This document shows, one piece after another, positions 35,831-46,168 of a stretch of 64,000 bases of DNA; the first letter of the stretch is position 1, and each line of letters opens with the position of its first letter. The stretch is from positions 899,020 to 963,019 of the forward strand of contig OY761158.1 of NCBI GenBank assembly GCA_963664405.1. Direction: 5' to 3'. The position numbers and the translations under genes are program-made. The notes below the pieces were generated by a model. That model searched no databases and was not told where the DNA came from. It saw only the letters and a program-made list of their open reading frames with translations. This DNA comes from Thermoanaerobaculia bacterium. Lineage in GTDB: Bacteria; Acidobacteriota; Thermoanaerobaculia; Multivoradales; Multivoraceae.

Positions 35831-37374
35831 CTGCCGAGCTCCACTTCGCCTGAAAGCTCGGAGGACTCGAAGCCACCCCTTCCCTGCACTGCCAGCCGGC
35901 CGAACGAAGAAGCCAGGATGGCGCTGAAGCCCGCATCTCCGCCCGCGACTTCTATCAGCCGACCTTCGATTAGCTCTCCATTGATCGGGATGTACCACAT
36001 CCCCTCTCCCTCGGACGGAAAGTGCAGCACCGTCTCTATCACTTCGTCCTCGTTCTGATCTCGCTCCCATACCCGAACGGCAAAGACTTCTCCGGGATGA
36101 TCCCGCCTGAGCTCGGCGGAGATGAGCTTCAGTCTGTCCTCCGCGCTGAGAGGGCGCAGCCCCTCTTTCACGGTGTAGTCGACGAAGCCGATCATCATCT
36201 CGTCGAAGGACTCATTGCCGAAGGTCACGTCGACACTCGGGTCCGGGTTGTCCGGGTTGTCCGGGTTGCCGGCCGAGTTGTCGAAGTGGGCAAGGCAATC
36301 GATGCGAGTACCGGCAGGAAGATCGAGGGGCGCCTCGAGCTCGTAGACGGTCTGCCAGTTGAAGTCGTAGCCCGGCACCCGCAGAAGGGTCTCGCGCCTG
36401 CCGTCCGGGTAGATGGCCGTGTAGGTGAAGTCCCTGCCCCGATAGTGCATATGAGGAAAGAGAGAGTAGAGCACGCTGTCCTGCCGGAAGGTGAAAGACG
36501 AGCGCACCGCGTGATTCTCGGCGCCGGAGGGAATCTTGAATCCGGTATTCTGCACCCACAAGTTGACCAGCTCTTTCTCGGGCTCGCCTTCGAGGAAGTG
36601 CAGACCGATACGCGTCTGGTCGCTACTGGCAGCGTCGGTCGGGTGGTAGTGCATGTCCGCAACGATCCTCGAGCCCTTCTTGAGCAGTCGACCCGTTCCT
36701 TCAGGGAAAGTCATCGGAACCATCCCTGCGGCCCACGCACCGAGCCAACCGGTCGGCGATTGCTGGCCGTCTTCGAGCACGAAGATGATCACGTGGTGCA
36801 CGACTCGGCGGTTCGAAGGCAGAATCTCGATCGACTGCACCCAACGGTCCTCGGGCAGCTCATACGTCGCGGACATGTTCTTGAAGACATCAGGACCGCC
36901 CCCCGCGAGCTCGACGGCGTCAAAGGCCACCTCGAGGTCGGGTTCACCCAGGCGCCAGCCGTCGCCGAAAGCGGGGACCGTCGGCATGTCCGCAGGATCG
37001 CCCGCCGGCGCACCCTGCTTGACCCAACGTACGAGAATCTCTTTCTCCCGGTCGCTCAGCCGCCGATCATTCGAGAACTTGCCGTAGGACGCATCGGCGT
37101 GCCACGGAGGCATGGTTCCCTCACTCACGGCTCGCCGAATGGACTTCGCCCACGGACGAACCTCGTCGTAGCTGCGAAGGGCCATCGGGGCGATGTCGTC
37201 GGGTCGGTGACAGGTCACGCACTTTTAGTGCAGAACGGGCGCGACATCTCTGCTGAAGCTGATCTTCTTGGGCAGGTCCGCCACGTCGGTGGCGGCGGGA
37301 CGGCTGGCGGCAAGAATCGGAGCCGCGGTCACCGTAGCGGCGACGAGCAACGTGACGGAAGAAACGATCTTCAT
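35788..37374 (-). pseudogene. Secreted PSCyt1-type cytochrome c domain protein with a C-terminal copper type II monooxygenase-like (PHM/DBH-like) region; an in-frame TAA stop sits inside the conserved heme-motif region
   Basis: ATG at 37374 gives MKIVSSVTLLVAATVTAAPILAASRPAATDVADLPKKISFSRDVAPVLH*KCVTCHRPDD.... The stop (37225-37227, minus strand) interrupts the conserved F-x-RDV-x-P-I/V-L...CxxCH block. The track ORF 35788..37218 begins at the GTG of that CxxCH motif. Confidence 0.65.
36241..36267 (-). repeat. Perfect 9-bp tandem repeat x3 (AACCCGGAC on the coding strand) encoding NPDNPDNPD
   Basis: gtccgggttgtccgggttgtccgggtt on the plus strand. It lies inside the monooxygenase-like domain of the gene above. 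Confidence 0.6.
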
Positions 37375-37443
37375 GGAGTCTCCTTGGGCATCCTCTGTCT
37401 AGGACGAGAAAAGTCCGATTTGGTTTCACCCGAGATCGTACTT

Positions 37444-38871
37444 TCAGCCCTCTTGGTAGGCCCGGTGCCGAAACAAAAACTCGATGATGTTGCCTTCGTG
37501 CGGCTGAAACCAGTCTAACTTGATCGTCGGGATCGCGCCAAGGTTGAGCCGGTCGATGTTGGTCGCATCCTTGAGCTGAGCGCGGAACTGGGCGTCCTCG
37601 GTGATCGCACTTCCGACCAGAGTCTGGCCGATCGAGCCGAGCATCTTCTCCTGCGGGCACTCGACCACCGAGGCGAAGGGGAACATGTACTCACTGTGGG
37701 CGAGAGGGGCTTCCGGCGACGGGCAGTGGATGATCGTAGGACAGAGATAGTCGCAGCGCTCCTTGGCAACCAATCGATCTTCGCCATCGTTTCGCGCTCT
37801 TGCCGTCATGTCGGCTGCGCCTCCCTCACCTAGCTGGTCTTCGATCTGATTCGATACCGCCTCGGCTACGCCGGGCACGGTAAAGGCCGCCAAGGCGCTC
37901 TCCGGGTCGGTCGCCGACAGCGGACGCACCGGAGCCAATCGCTCCGCCAGCGCGGTGGCGATCTCTTTGGTGTGCCGAGAGGCCCAGATTCCGGAGCAAT
38001 TGATGCAGCCGCGACCACTGTTCAGCAGCACGCTATCCGTCATGATGTCGAGATAGCTCTCCCAGTCGTCGACCACGTCGTCGCCAAGCAGGATCTTGGA
38101 GAAGCCAGGCCCGTGGACCTGCACCGACGGATCGCCCTTGTACTGCTCCACGGTAGCGGTTCCGCCGAAGATCAAGCTCTTCGAGCACCCCGCGAGAACG
38201 GCGGCGCCGATGTCACCAAGCCCGGGGTAAATACAGATCGTCTCTCGCGGGACACCGGCCTCGAAGAAAGCCTGTGTCATGCGAAAGGGGGTCCACGGCT
38301 CCTGCGGACCCGGCTTGAACACCAGACCGATCTGCAGAGGGATGATGGGAAGCCACAGCGTATGCACACCCGGCGAGTTCGAGGGCAGGACCAGGCCAAG
38401 GACTGGAGAAAGCGCCTGATAGCTCACCGGAACTCCACGCTCTTCGACCCCATTCCCCTCGCTCAGAATCTCGAGCGGCAGGCCTCTTGTGAGCGAAGCG
38501 AGGATCTCCTCCATATGGGTGAGGACGAAGTGGTTCTTCTCCATATTCGCCCGCGACATATGCTCGGGCAAGCCGGTCGTCGCCGACTGCATGCGGACGA
38601 AATCGGCAGGGCTCTGGGTGCCGTTGCCGAGCTGAAGATCGCCCTCCATGTAGAGGTCGGCCACCTTCTTCATCATCTCGAGGAGCTCGCGAATGGGGAT
38701 CTCCCTCAGTAGGTCGCGGGCTCGCTGCTGCTTGCGCATGTCCCTCTGCACCATGCCGGCGTTGGCCTGACTGATCTGGGCCAGCTCCTCACCGGTCTCG
38801 AAGTGGACCACCGAGTCCTTCTCGAGGCTGTCGTAGGGCTGTCCCCAGCGAATCAACGGAATATCAAGCAT
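37444..38871 (-). CDS. Aldehyde dehydrogenase superfamily protein (acyl-CoA/aldehyde reductase-like)
   Basis: Start trimmed to MLDIPLIRWGQPYD (AGGAG Shine-Dalgarno). ...LVLPSNSPGV... and ...LLNSGRGCINCSGIWASRH... are the catalytic Cys region of the ALDH fold. Confidence 0.75.
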   Translation of the reverse strand: MLDIPLIRWGQPYDSLEKDSVVHFETGEELAQISQANAGMVQRDMRKQQRARDLLREIPIRELLEMMKKVADLYMEGDLQLGNGTQSPADFVRMQSATTGLPEHMSRANMEKNHFVLTHMEEILASLTRGLPLEILSEGNGVEERGVPVSYQALSPVLGLVLPSNSPGVHTLWLPIIPLQIGLVFKPGPQEPWTPFRMTQAFFEAGVPRETICIYPGLGDIGAAVLAGCSKSLIFGGTATVEQYKGDPSVQVHGPGFSKILLGDDVVDDWESYLDIMTDSVLLNSGRGCINCSGIWASRHTKEIATALAERLAPVRPLSATDPESALAAFTVPGVAEAVSNQIEDQLGEGGAADMTARARNDGEDRLVAKERCDYLCPTIIHCPSPEAPLAHSEYMFPFASVVECPQEKMLGSIGQTLVGSAITEDAQFRAQLKDATNIDRLNLGAIPTIKLDWFQPHEGNIIEFLFRHRAYQEG

Positions 38872-38914
38872 TTCGACTCCTAGTATTGGCCGGATTGGCG
38901 CCGGTTCCCGGTCG

Positions 38915-39991
38915 TCAGTAGACTCCGACAGTGGTCGTAGAGGCCATCTTGGCAAAGGGACGCACGCCACTGATCCCGTCCCAGGGGTAGGCTTCGTATG
39001 GCGGCTCGCGCTCCCCTTCATCGCGCTCGAGGAATCCTGGCACAAAAAACTCCTTGGTGAGCGTGGTCAGACGCACTCGACCGGTCTCGCCATAACCAAC
39101 GACCTGGTCGGGATTGTCGGGATCCACGACTTCGATCGCGGCTCGGGGCTGGGGCGCGTAGTAGCTGATCTTGTAGCCGTCCTCGGAACCGACCGGCTTG
39201 GAAGCGGCCAACCCCATCAACGTATTACCGTAGGTCGGTGCAATATAGGTCCCGTCGAGAAACTCTTCCACGGCGAAGCGGGTCCACTGCGGAGTGAACT
39301 CGGTGCCGCCGGCAAAGATCCCTCGCACCCCCTTCTCGCGAATGCTCGTGCCTTCCTCTTCTAAGCGCAGACACAAGGCTTCGATGAGCTTCGGCGTGCC
39401 GAACATGCACTGAATGTCGTGGCCGGCGTCGAGGACCGTGATCGCCTGGTCGACGCAGTGATCCTGATAGGCCTTGAAATGATCCATCCACCCCTTGCGA
39501 ATGAGCTTCACCACCCAGCGCGGGTCGAGGTCGATGCAAAAGCAGATGCCGCCACGGAACTGGGCCAGGTGCTCCACCGAGAGGCGTAGCCGACGAGGTC
39601 CGGAGGGCCCGAACATGAGCCAGTTGGCACCCTTGGGAAAGTGCTCCTCGGGAAGGGTGTCGGAGAAGAGCTCGTAATCGGTACGAAAGTCGGCGATCGC
39701 GACGCGGCTCTTGGGCACTCCGGTAGTGCCGCCGGTCTCGAACACAAAGGCCGGCTGGCCGCTCAGCCCTTTCGGTATCCAGCGCTCTACGGGCCCACCG
39801 CGAAGCCACTCGTCTTCAAACGGTGGGAACTTGCGCAGGTCGGCAAAAGACTCGACCGCTTGACGAGGGTCGAAGCCCAAAGTGCTCGCCTTCTCCAGCC
39901 AGAAGGGACTGCCGGTGTCGGTATTGAAGTGCCACTCCATCATCTCGCGCACCTGGGCGTCGAGCATCTCTCGTGCTTCGTCTGGGGTCAC
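38915..39991 (-). CDS. Adenylate-forming enzyme of the PaaK/F390-synthetase/LuxE-like family
   Basis: 358 aa. FETGGTTGVPK is the AMP-binding P-loop-like motif, near the N-terminus as in PaaK/LuxE-type ligases. Co-oriented immediately upstream of the ALDH gene. Confidence 0.7.
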   Translation of the reverse strand: MTPDEAREMLDAQVREMMEWHFNTDTGSPFWLEKASTLGFDPRQAVESFADLRKFPPFEDEWLRGGPVERWIPKGLSGQPAFVFETGGTTGVPKSRVAIADFRTDYELFSDTLPEEHFPKGANWLMFGPSGPRRLRLSVEHLAQFRGGICFCIDLDPRWVVKLIRKGWMDHFKAYQDHCVDQAITVLDAGHDIQCMFGTPKLIEALCLRLEEEGTSIREKGVRGIFAGGTEFTPQWTRFAVEEFLDGTYIAPTYGNTLMGLAASKPVGSEDGYKISYYAPQPRAAIEVVDPDNPDQVVGYGETGRVRLTTLTKEFFVPGFLERDEGEREPPYEAYPWDGISGVRPFAKMASTTTVGVY

Positions 39992-40066
39992 CGGGAGCTC
40001 TCCTTGTAGTCGTCGCCTCGACCGAGTCGAGGAGGTCGAGGCCGCTGAATTATAGACCGAGCCGGC

Positions 40067-41125
40067 TCACTGCGGGGAGTGATGTGTGGCCACTCTTCCG
40101 CCGCATCTGGAGCCCTCGAGGAGAGTGAAGAAACGCACGATCTGCTCTTCTGCCCAGTGCCTGGTCGTTCCGGGCGTAGGGCCGTGGACGAACCCGGCAT
40201 GCCCGCCGCGAGGTGTGAAACGCGGTACCAACCAAGGCGACCGCTCGCAAATCTGGTGAGGCAGCGTAGAACCGGGGTTGAAGGGGTCATCTTCCGCCGC
40301 TATCAGTACTGTGGGAACGCGCACGCCGTCGAGAAACTGACCACAGCCCACTTTGCTCCAATAGTCGAAAGCATCATCGAAGCCGTGGAGTGCCGCGGTC
40401 GCCCAGGTGTCGAAGTCGGCGAAGGTGCGACTCGCAGCGATCTTTTCGCGATCGAGCAGTCCCGGATATTGGCGCGCCTTCTCCAGCGCCTTGGGGATGA
40501 GAGTGCGCAGGAACCTACGCACATAAAGACCGCCGAGTGCGCCATCAATGGCAGGACCACTCACTCGCAGGTCGAAGGGAGGAGAGACCACAGCCGCGGC
40601 GGCAACCTGCGCCGGCACCTGCTCCTCTCTCTCGCCGAGCCACTTAGCGAGTACGTTGCCACCCAGCGAGAAACCCGCGATATAGAGCGGCACGCCCGGA
40701 GCGCGGCGGCGAAGCTCGTCCTGGACAAAGTCGAGATCGGTGGTCTCCCCCGAGTGATAGAGCCGGGGAGCAAGGTTGATGTCTCCGTCGCAGGAGCGGA
40801 ACTCGAGAGCAGCCACGCTCCAGCCGAGAGCAACAAAGGCATGGCGCAAACCGACTATGTAATTAGACGAAGCGCACCCTTCGAGGCCGTGCAGCAGGAG
40901 CACGAGGGGCCTCTCTTGGCGTCCGTCATGGAGCCACAGGCTCAGCCGATCGCCGTCGGGAGTCTGCCAGTGCTCGCGGCGCCCTCCGGGAGGGGGCTGG
41001 CGGCGAAAGAAGGGGCTCCAGATCGTCTGCGCGTGGCGGCCGCGCAACCACCACGGCGGACGGAATGGAAAGCGTGAGAGCTCTTCGACCGCGGCGGCCT
41101 TATCGAAGGCGAAGCCAGTGGGCAA
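40067..41125 (-). CDS. YheT-like alpha/beta hydrolase
   Basis: ...PLVLLLHGLEGCASSNYI...YIAGFSLGGNVLAKWL... is the nucleophile elbow, with the C-terminal His region. Confidence 0.8.
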   Translation of the reverse strand: MPTGFAFDKAAAVEELSRFPFRPPWWLRGRHAQTIWSPFFRRQPPPGGRREHWQTPDGDRLSLWLHDGRQERPLVLLLHGLEGCASSNYIVGLRHAFVALGWSVAALEFRSCDGDINLAPRLYHSGETTDLDFVQDELRRRAPGVPLYIAGFSLGGNVLAKWLGEREEQVPAQVAAAAVVSPPFDLRVSGPAIDGALGGLYVRRFLRTLIPKALEKARQYPGLLDREKIAASRTFADFDTWATAALHGFDDAFDYWSKVGCGQFLDGVRVPTVLIAAEDDPFNPGSTLPHQICERSPWLVPRFTPRGGHAGFVHGPTPGTTRHWAEEQIVRFFTLLEGSRCGGRVATHHSPQ

Positions 41126-41128
41126 GTT

Positions 41129-41737
41129 TCAGACTCGATTGCGATAGAGCGCGGGATCCACGACCTCGGCCATCGCTCGCCGGTCTAGCCCGCCGCCCAG
41201 AAACTCATCAAGACGACGGGCGTGAGGCTCCGGATCCGCGAGAACTTCCCTGTAGCTGACGAAGAGCGTGTCGAGATGGCGCCGATACCCCACCATGAAC
41301 CTCACGTGGCGCAGGTGCTCGACATAGACCTCGCGCATCTTCTCGTCTTCGGGGCCACTCTCCTCTTCGCGGTGCTCCAGCATCTTCTGCTGCGAGCGCA
41401 ACACTTCGCTCAGATCGCGCTCCATGAACACGACCTTGTAGTTGTTGTCGGCCGGAAGATCCTTGAGCAGGAAAGAGATGACCTTGATCGCTTTGCCTCG
41501 CGATCGGCGCAGCCATCTGCGGTCTTCCATCTTCGCAAGGTCCTTGACCCGCTCGTCTTCGTAGTAGCCCCTGGGGTTGTCGTCGTCGGCGATGCGTACG
41601 CCGTCAACGGTGACCTCGAGCCCCCCTGCCTCGAGCATCTTCATCGCCATCGAGGTGCCGGAGCGGGGCAAGCCCGAAACGACGACGACCGGTCGCCCAA
41701 AACGGATTCTTCTGAGCAGCTGGGAGAGTCCGACCAT
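41129..41737 (-). CDS. Sulfotransferase-family protein (P-loop PAPS-binding 5'-PSB motif)
   Basis: VVVSGLPRSGTSMAMKML is the 5'-phosphosulfate binding motif. 202 aa. Co-oriented with the upstream hydrolase (4-nt gap). Confidence 0.7.
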   Translation of the reverse strand: MVGLSQLLRRIRFGRPVVVVSGLPRSGTSMAMKMLEAGGLEVTVDGVRIADDDNPRGYYEDERVKDLAKMEDRRWLRRSRGKAIKVISFLLKDLPADNNYKVVFMERDLSEVLRSQQKMLEHREEESGPEDEKMREVYVEHLRHVRFMVGYRRHLDTLFVSYREVLADPEPHARRLDEFLGGGLDRRAMAEVVDPALYRNRV

Positions 41738-41873
41738 GATCGAGATTCGCCGCCGTACGATAGCGGCTCAGCAGGCCGTATCCTAGCTGAGCCAGCTTGA
41801 ATTAGCGGAACCGCGGCGCATACACTACCGCGGCGCAGCAAGGGTAGTTGGCAAACCTCAGAGACTCTCACCA

Positions 41874-44003
41874 TTGACTATTCAAGAAGGTCGCAAGCGA
41901 CCGCTCCTCCTGCTGGCCGGCAGCGCGCTGGCCTGCCTGTGCACCTCCCTCCCCGTCGCGGCCTACGTCGGCCCTGGCGCGGGTTTCGCCTTGGTCTCCG
42001 GTTTTCTCGTCATCTTCACCACCATTCTTCTCGCCGGCCTTGCGCTCCTGGTCTGGCCGTTCCGAATGATGTGGCGTCTGCTCCGTAACCGGGGTAGAAA
42101 GAAGCCTTCGATCCAACGTTTCATCGTCGTAGGACTCGACGGCCAGGACCCGCGCATCACCGACCGCCTGATCGCCGAGGGACGGCTGCCCAATCTTCAG
42201 CGGCTAGCTGAGATGGGGAGCTACGGGCGACTCGAAACGGTTTTCCCATCGCTCTCCCCCGTGGCCTGGTCGTCCTTCAGCACGGGCACCAACCCGGGCG
42301 GTCACAATATTTTCGACTTCGTCGAACGAGACACCAAGACCTACCTGCCGAAGCAGGCCTCGACCGAGATCGGCAAGCTCGAGCGCACCCTCAAGGTCGG
42401 GAAGTTTCGTATTCCTCTGCACAAGCCCACATTGCGGCTGCTACGTAAGTCCAAGCCGTTTTGGACCATCCTCGGCGAGAACAACATCTGGAGTACCGTC
42501 CTCCGCGTTCCGATTACGTTCCCACCGGATCGCTTCTACGGAGCTCAGCTCTCGGCAATGATGGTGCCCGACCTGCTCGGGACTCTCGGCACTTTCCTGT
42601 TTTTCACATCGCAGCCCAGCGCAGGTCAGATCAAAGAGGGCGGCCTTCGCTTTGAGCTCTCTCACGAGGGCGGAGCTTTTACCGCCATGATCGAGGGACC
42701 GGAGAACAGCTTCCTCGAGGGGGAGCCGCCGATGCAGATTCCCCTGCGCATTGTCCCCGACACGGCAACAGGGCGTGCCGAGATCACACTTGGCAAGGAA
42801 GTCATCGAGCTGGCGCCGAGGGAGCTCAGTAATTGGATCACGCTCACTTTCGATGCCGCGCCGGGCATCAAGGTGCAGGGGCTGACCCGCATCATGATCA
42901 CTGAGATGGGTGAGGAGGTCTCGCTCTATCTCTCGCCGATCAATCTCGACTCGGAGAAACCGGCGATGCCCATCTCCCATCCCTCCTACTACTCGACCTA
43001 CTTGTCGAAGAAGATCGGCAAGTACTCCACTCTCGGGCTTGCGGAGGACACCTGGGCCCTCAACGAAGGCATCACCGACGACGCCACCTTTCTCGAGCAG
43101 ACCTACGACATCGACAACGAGCGGCAGGAGATGTTCTTCGCCGCCCTAGATCGCCTTCGCAAAGGGGCTTTGGTCTGTGTCTTCGACGCCACCGACCGCA
43201 TTCAGCACATGTTCTGGCGCTACACCGAAAAAGGGCATCCCGCCGACTCCGGCTCCTCTGGCGGTGAGAACCGTGCCGCCATCGACGAGATCTACGTTCA
43301 CAATGACGAGTTGGTGGGCCGGGTGCTCGACAAGGTGCAGCCGAACGACGTCTTGTGTGTGATCTCGGACCACGGGTTCACCTCTTTCCGTCGCGGTGTC
43401 AACCTCAACCGTTGGCTGATGGACGAGGGTTATCTGACGCTCAAGGAAGGCGCGACGGGCGAGGGCGACCTGCTTGGTGATGTCGATTGGTCCAGGACTC
43501 GAGCGTACTTCCTCGGTCTGGCAGGGATGTTTCTCAACGTCAAGGGGCGGGAGGCGAAAGGCATCGTCTCTCGCGGCGAAGAGGCGAAGTCGTTGAAGGC
43601 CGAGATCATCGCCAAGCTCAACGGGCTTGTCGACGAAGAAAAGGGCGAGGTGGGAATCACCGAAGTCTTCGACACCGCCGAAATCTACTCGGGGCCCTAC
43701 CTCGGCAACGCACCGGACTTCATCATGGGCTACAACGAGGGCTACCGAACCTCGTGGGATTGCGCCAACGGCATCGTTGCCGGGCCCGTCTTCGAAGACA
43801 ACACGAAGGCCTGGAGTGGCGATCACGGGGTCGATCCGCGTCTCGTCCCCGGGGTCTTCTTCTGCAACCGAAAGGTCGACGCGGAAGAGCTCTCCCTGCT
43901 AGACCTGGCGCCAACGATTCTCACTCTCTTCGGCATCGAGCCTCCAAAGCACATGGAAGGCAAGCCCCTGTTCAAGCCGGACTCCTTTGGCGAGGCCGCG
44001 TGA
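41874..44003 (+). CDS. Alkaline-phosphatase-superfamily type I phosphodiesterase/nucleotide pyrophosphatase-like protein (PF01663-like), membrane-anchored, paralogue 1
   Basis: N-terminal TM helices, then IVVGLDGQDP..., ...PSLSPVAWSSFSTG..., ...VISDHGF..., ...WSGDHG.... 709 aa. Confidence 0.75.
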   Translation: MTIQEGRKRPLLLLAGSALACLCTSLPVAAYVGPGAGFALVSGFLVIFTTILLAGLALLVWPFRMMWRLLRNRGRKKPSIQRFIVVGLDGQDPRITDRLIAEGRLPNLQRLAEMGSYGRLETVFPSLSPVAWSSFSTGTNPGGHNIFDFVERDTKTYLPKQASTEIGKLERTLKVGKFRIPLHKPTLRLLRKSKPFWTILGENNIWSTVLRVPITFPPDRFYGAQLSAMMVPDLLGTLGTFLFFTSQPSAGQIKEGGLRFELSHEGGAFTAMIEGPENSFLEGEPPMQIPLRIVPDTATGRAEITLGKEVIELAPRELSNWITLTFDAAPGIKVQGLTRIMITEMGEEVSLYLSPINLDSEKPAMPISHPSYYSTYLSKKIGKYSTLGLAEDTWALNEGITDDATFLEQTYDIDNERQEMFFAALDRLRKGALVCVFDATDRIQHMFWRYTEKGHPADSGSSGGENRAAIDEIYVHNDELVGRVLDKVQPNDVLCVISDHGFTSFRRGVNLNRWLMDEGYLTLKEGATGEGDLLGDVDWSRTRAYFLGLAGMFLNVKGREAKGIVSRGEEAKSLKAEIIAKLNGLVDEEKGEVGITEVFDTAEIYSGPYLGNAPDFIMGYNEGYRTSWDCANGIVAGPVFEDNTKAWSGDHGVDPRLVPGVFFCNRKVDAEELSLLDLAPTILTLFGIEPPKHMEGKPLFKPDSFGEAA

Positions 44004-45931
44004 CCCGAGCTATTGCACTGGCCGCAACAGTGCTCCTTCTGCTCGGTTGCGGCGGAGCTAAGGCGCCGGAGAAGAGGATCATCGTCCTCGGCTTCGACGG
44101 CATGGACTACAGCCTCGCCCGTGAGCTGATCGACGAGGGGCGACTGCCCAATTTCGCCCGCCTCGAGCGCGAGGGAAGCTTCACCCCTCTCGAGACCTCC
44201 GTACCGCCCGAGAGCCCAGTGGCCTGGTCGAACTTCATCACCGGAATGGACTCGGGCGGCCATGGCATCTTCGACTTCATCCACCGCGACCCAGCGACAC
44301 TGCTTCCTTACGCCTCAGACTCGCGGGCGCTGCCGGAGGGGTTCACTCTGAAGCTCGGGAAGTGGCGTTTCCCCATCACCGGCGGTGGTTTCGAATCGCT
44401 GCGACAGGGTGAGCCTTTCTGGAAGACGCTCGAGGAGAGCGGTATCGAGACATGGATTCTGCGTATGCCCGCCAACTACCCGACCTCGGGTCTCGCGACT
44501 CGGGAGCTCAGCGGCATGGGCACACCGGACCTCAACGGGGCGAGCTTCTTTTCCTTCTACACGTCGGAGCTCTTCTACCCCACTGAAGGGATCACCGGCG
44601 GCGAAGTTTTCGAGTGGGATGTGTACGACAACGTGGCCGAGCACAAGCTCTTCGCAGCCGAGAACCCGTTGATCGAGGATGGCGAAAGGCTCAGCGTCGA
44701 CTTCAAGGTGTACCTCGATCCGGCGATCCAGGCGGCCAAGATCGAGGTCGCCGACGATGTCGAGCTCGTACTTCGCGTCGGAGAGTGGAGCGACTGGGTC
44801 GCCATCGAGTTCGACCTTCTTCCGTTCAAGAGTCTGCATGGCATCTGTCGCTTCTATCTCAAGTCGATCGAGCCAGAGCTCGAGCTCTACGTGAGCCCGA
44901 TCAATTTCGATCCGCTGCTACCGGACGCACCGATCTCGACACCGGCGTCCTACGCCACCGAGCTGGCCGAGGCCGACGGCCGTTTTTACACCCAGGGCAT
45001 GCCGGAGGACACCAAGGCTCTGACCGGCGGCGTGCTCGAGATCGACCAGTTCCTCGAGCAGGCTGCGATTGCGGGTCGAGAGATCGCGGACCAGTACCAG
45101 AGTGTTCTGGCAGACTTCACCGACAGCACTGCGGGGCTGCTCTTCTATTACACCGGCAACCCGGACCAGATCTCCCACGCGATGTGGATCACCCGGGACC
45201 CCCAACACCCGGCTTGGGATGAAGAGACCTACGGCCGATACCGCGATCTCATTCCCAGCGTCTACGAGAGCCTCGACCGGATGGTGGGTCACACCCTCGA
45301 CACCATGAGCTCTGACACCACCCTGGTGGTGATGTCAGATCACGGGTTCGCTTCCTGGCGACGCAGCCTGAACCTCAACACCTGGCTGGTGGAGAACGGT
45401 TTCATGGTTCTCAGCGACCCGGACCTCGAGGTCGACCCCGGCTTCTTCGGCAACGTCGATTGGAGCCGTACTCGTGCCTACGGCATGGGCATCAACGGCT
45501 TGTACATCAATCTCCAGGGGCGCGAGAAAAACGGCGTCGTCTCGCCGAGCGAGCGCGAAGCGTTGATGGACGAGATCGCGACCGCGCTCCTCGCGACCAT
45601 AGATCCGGAGACCGGCGCACCCGCCGTAACCAAGGTCTACCGGCGCGAGGAGGTCTATAAAGATCGCGGTCAGCTGGAGATAGGACCCGATATCCAGATG
45701 GGTTACGCGAAGGGCACTCGCGGCTCGAGCCAAGGGGCGCTCGGAGATATCGAGCCTCAAGTCCTGCGCGACAATCTAGACGACTGGAGTGGCGACCACA
45801 TAATGGACCACGAAAGCGTGCCGGGCGTCCTCTTCACCAGTCGCCAACTGGCACGCGAGGCACCGAGCCTAAAGAGCCTTGCAGCCGCGATCATCGCCGA
45901 GATGGACGTCAAAGCAGAGTTCCCGCAGTAG
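43999..45931 (+). CDS. Alkaline-phosphatase-superfamily phosphodiesterase-like lipoprotein (PF01663-like), paralogue 2
   Basis: GTG start overlaps the paralogue-1 stop (GTGA). Lipobox LLLGCGG. ...IIVLGFDGMDY..., ...PPESPVAWSNFITG..., ...VMSDHGF..., ...WSGDHI.... Confidence 0.75.
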
Positions 45932-45965
45932 GCGCTCGCAGCCAGGCACAGGAAGGAAAACAACC

Positions 45966-46157
45966 ATGTTCGGATCCAAGGTAAAGCTCGACAAAGGTCT
46001 TCTGGCGAAGGTCAAGAAATACTCGGATATAGCCGGCTACTCCTCGCCCAAGGAGTTCATCACCCACGCCCTCGAAAAAGAGCTGGCGCTGCTCGAAGAC
46101 GCCGACTCCGAAGAGGAGATTCGCAAGCGTCTGAAGGGCCTAGGCTACATTTCCTGA
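45966..46157 (+). CDS. Small 63-aa protein with a ribbon-helix-helix-like pattern
   Basis: Shine-Dalgarno GGAAGGAAAACAACCATG. SKVKLDKGLLAKVKKYSDIAGYSSPKEFITHALEKELA fits beta-strand plus two helices. I trimmed the track ORF to the internal ATG. Confidence 0.5.
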   Translation: MFGSKVKLDKGLLAKVKKYSDIAGYSSPKEFITHALEKELALLEDADSEEEIRKRLKGLGYIS

Positions 46158-46168
46158 GGACTCGCTCG

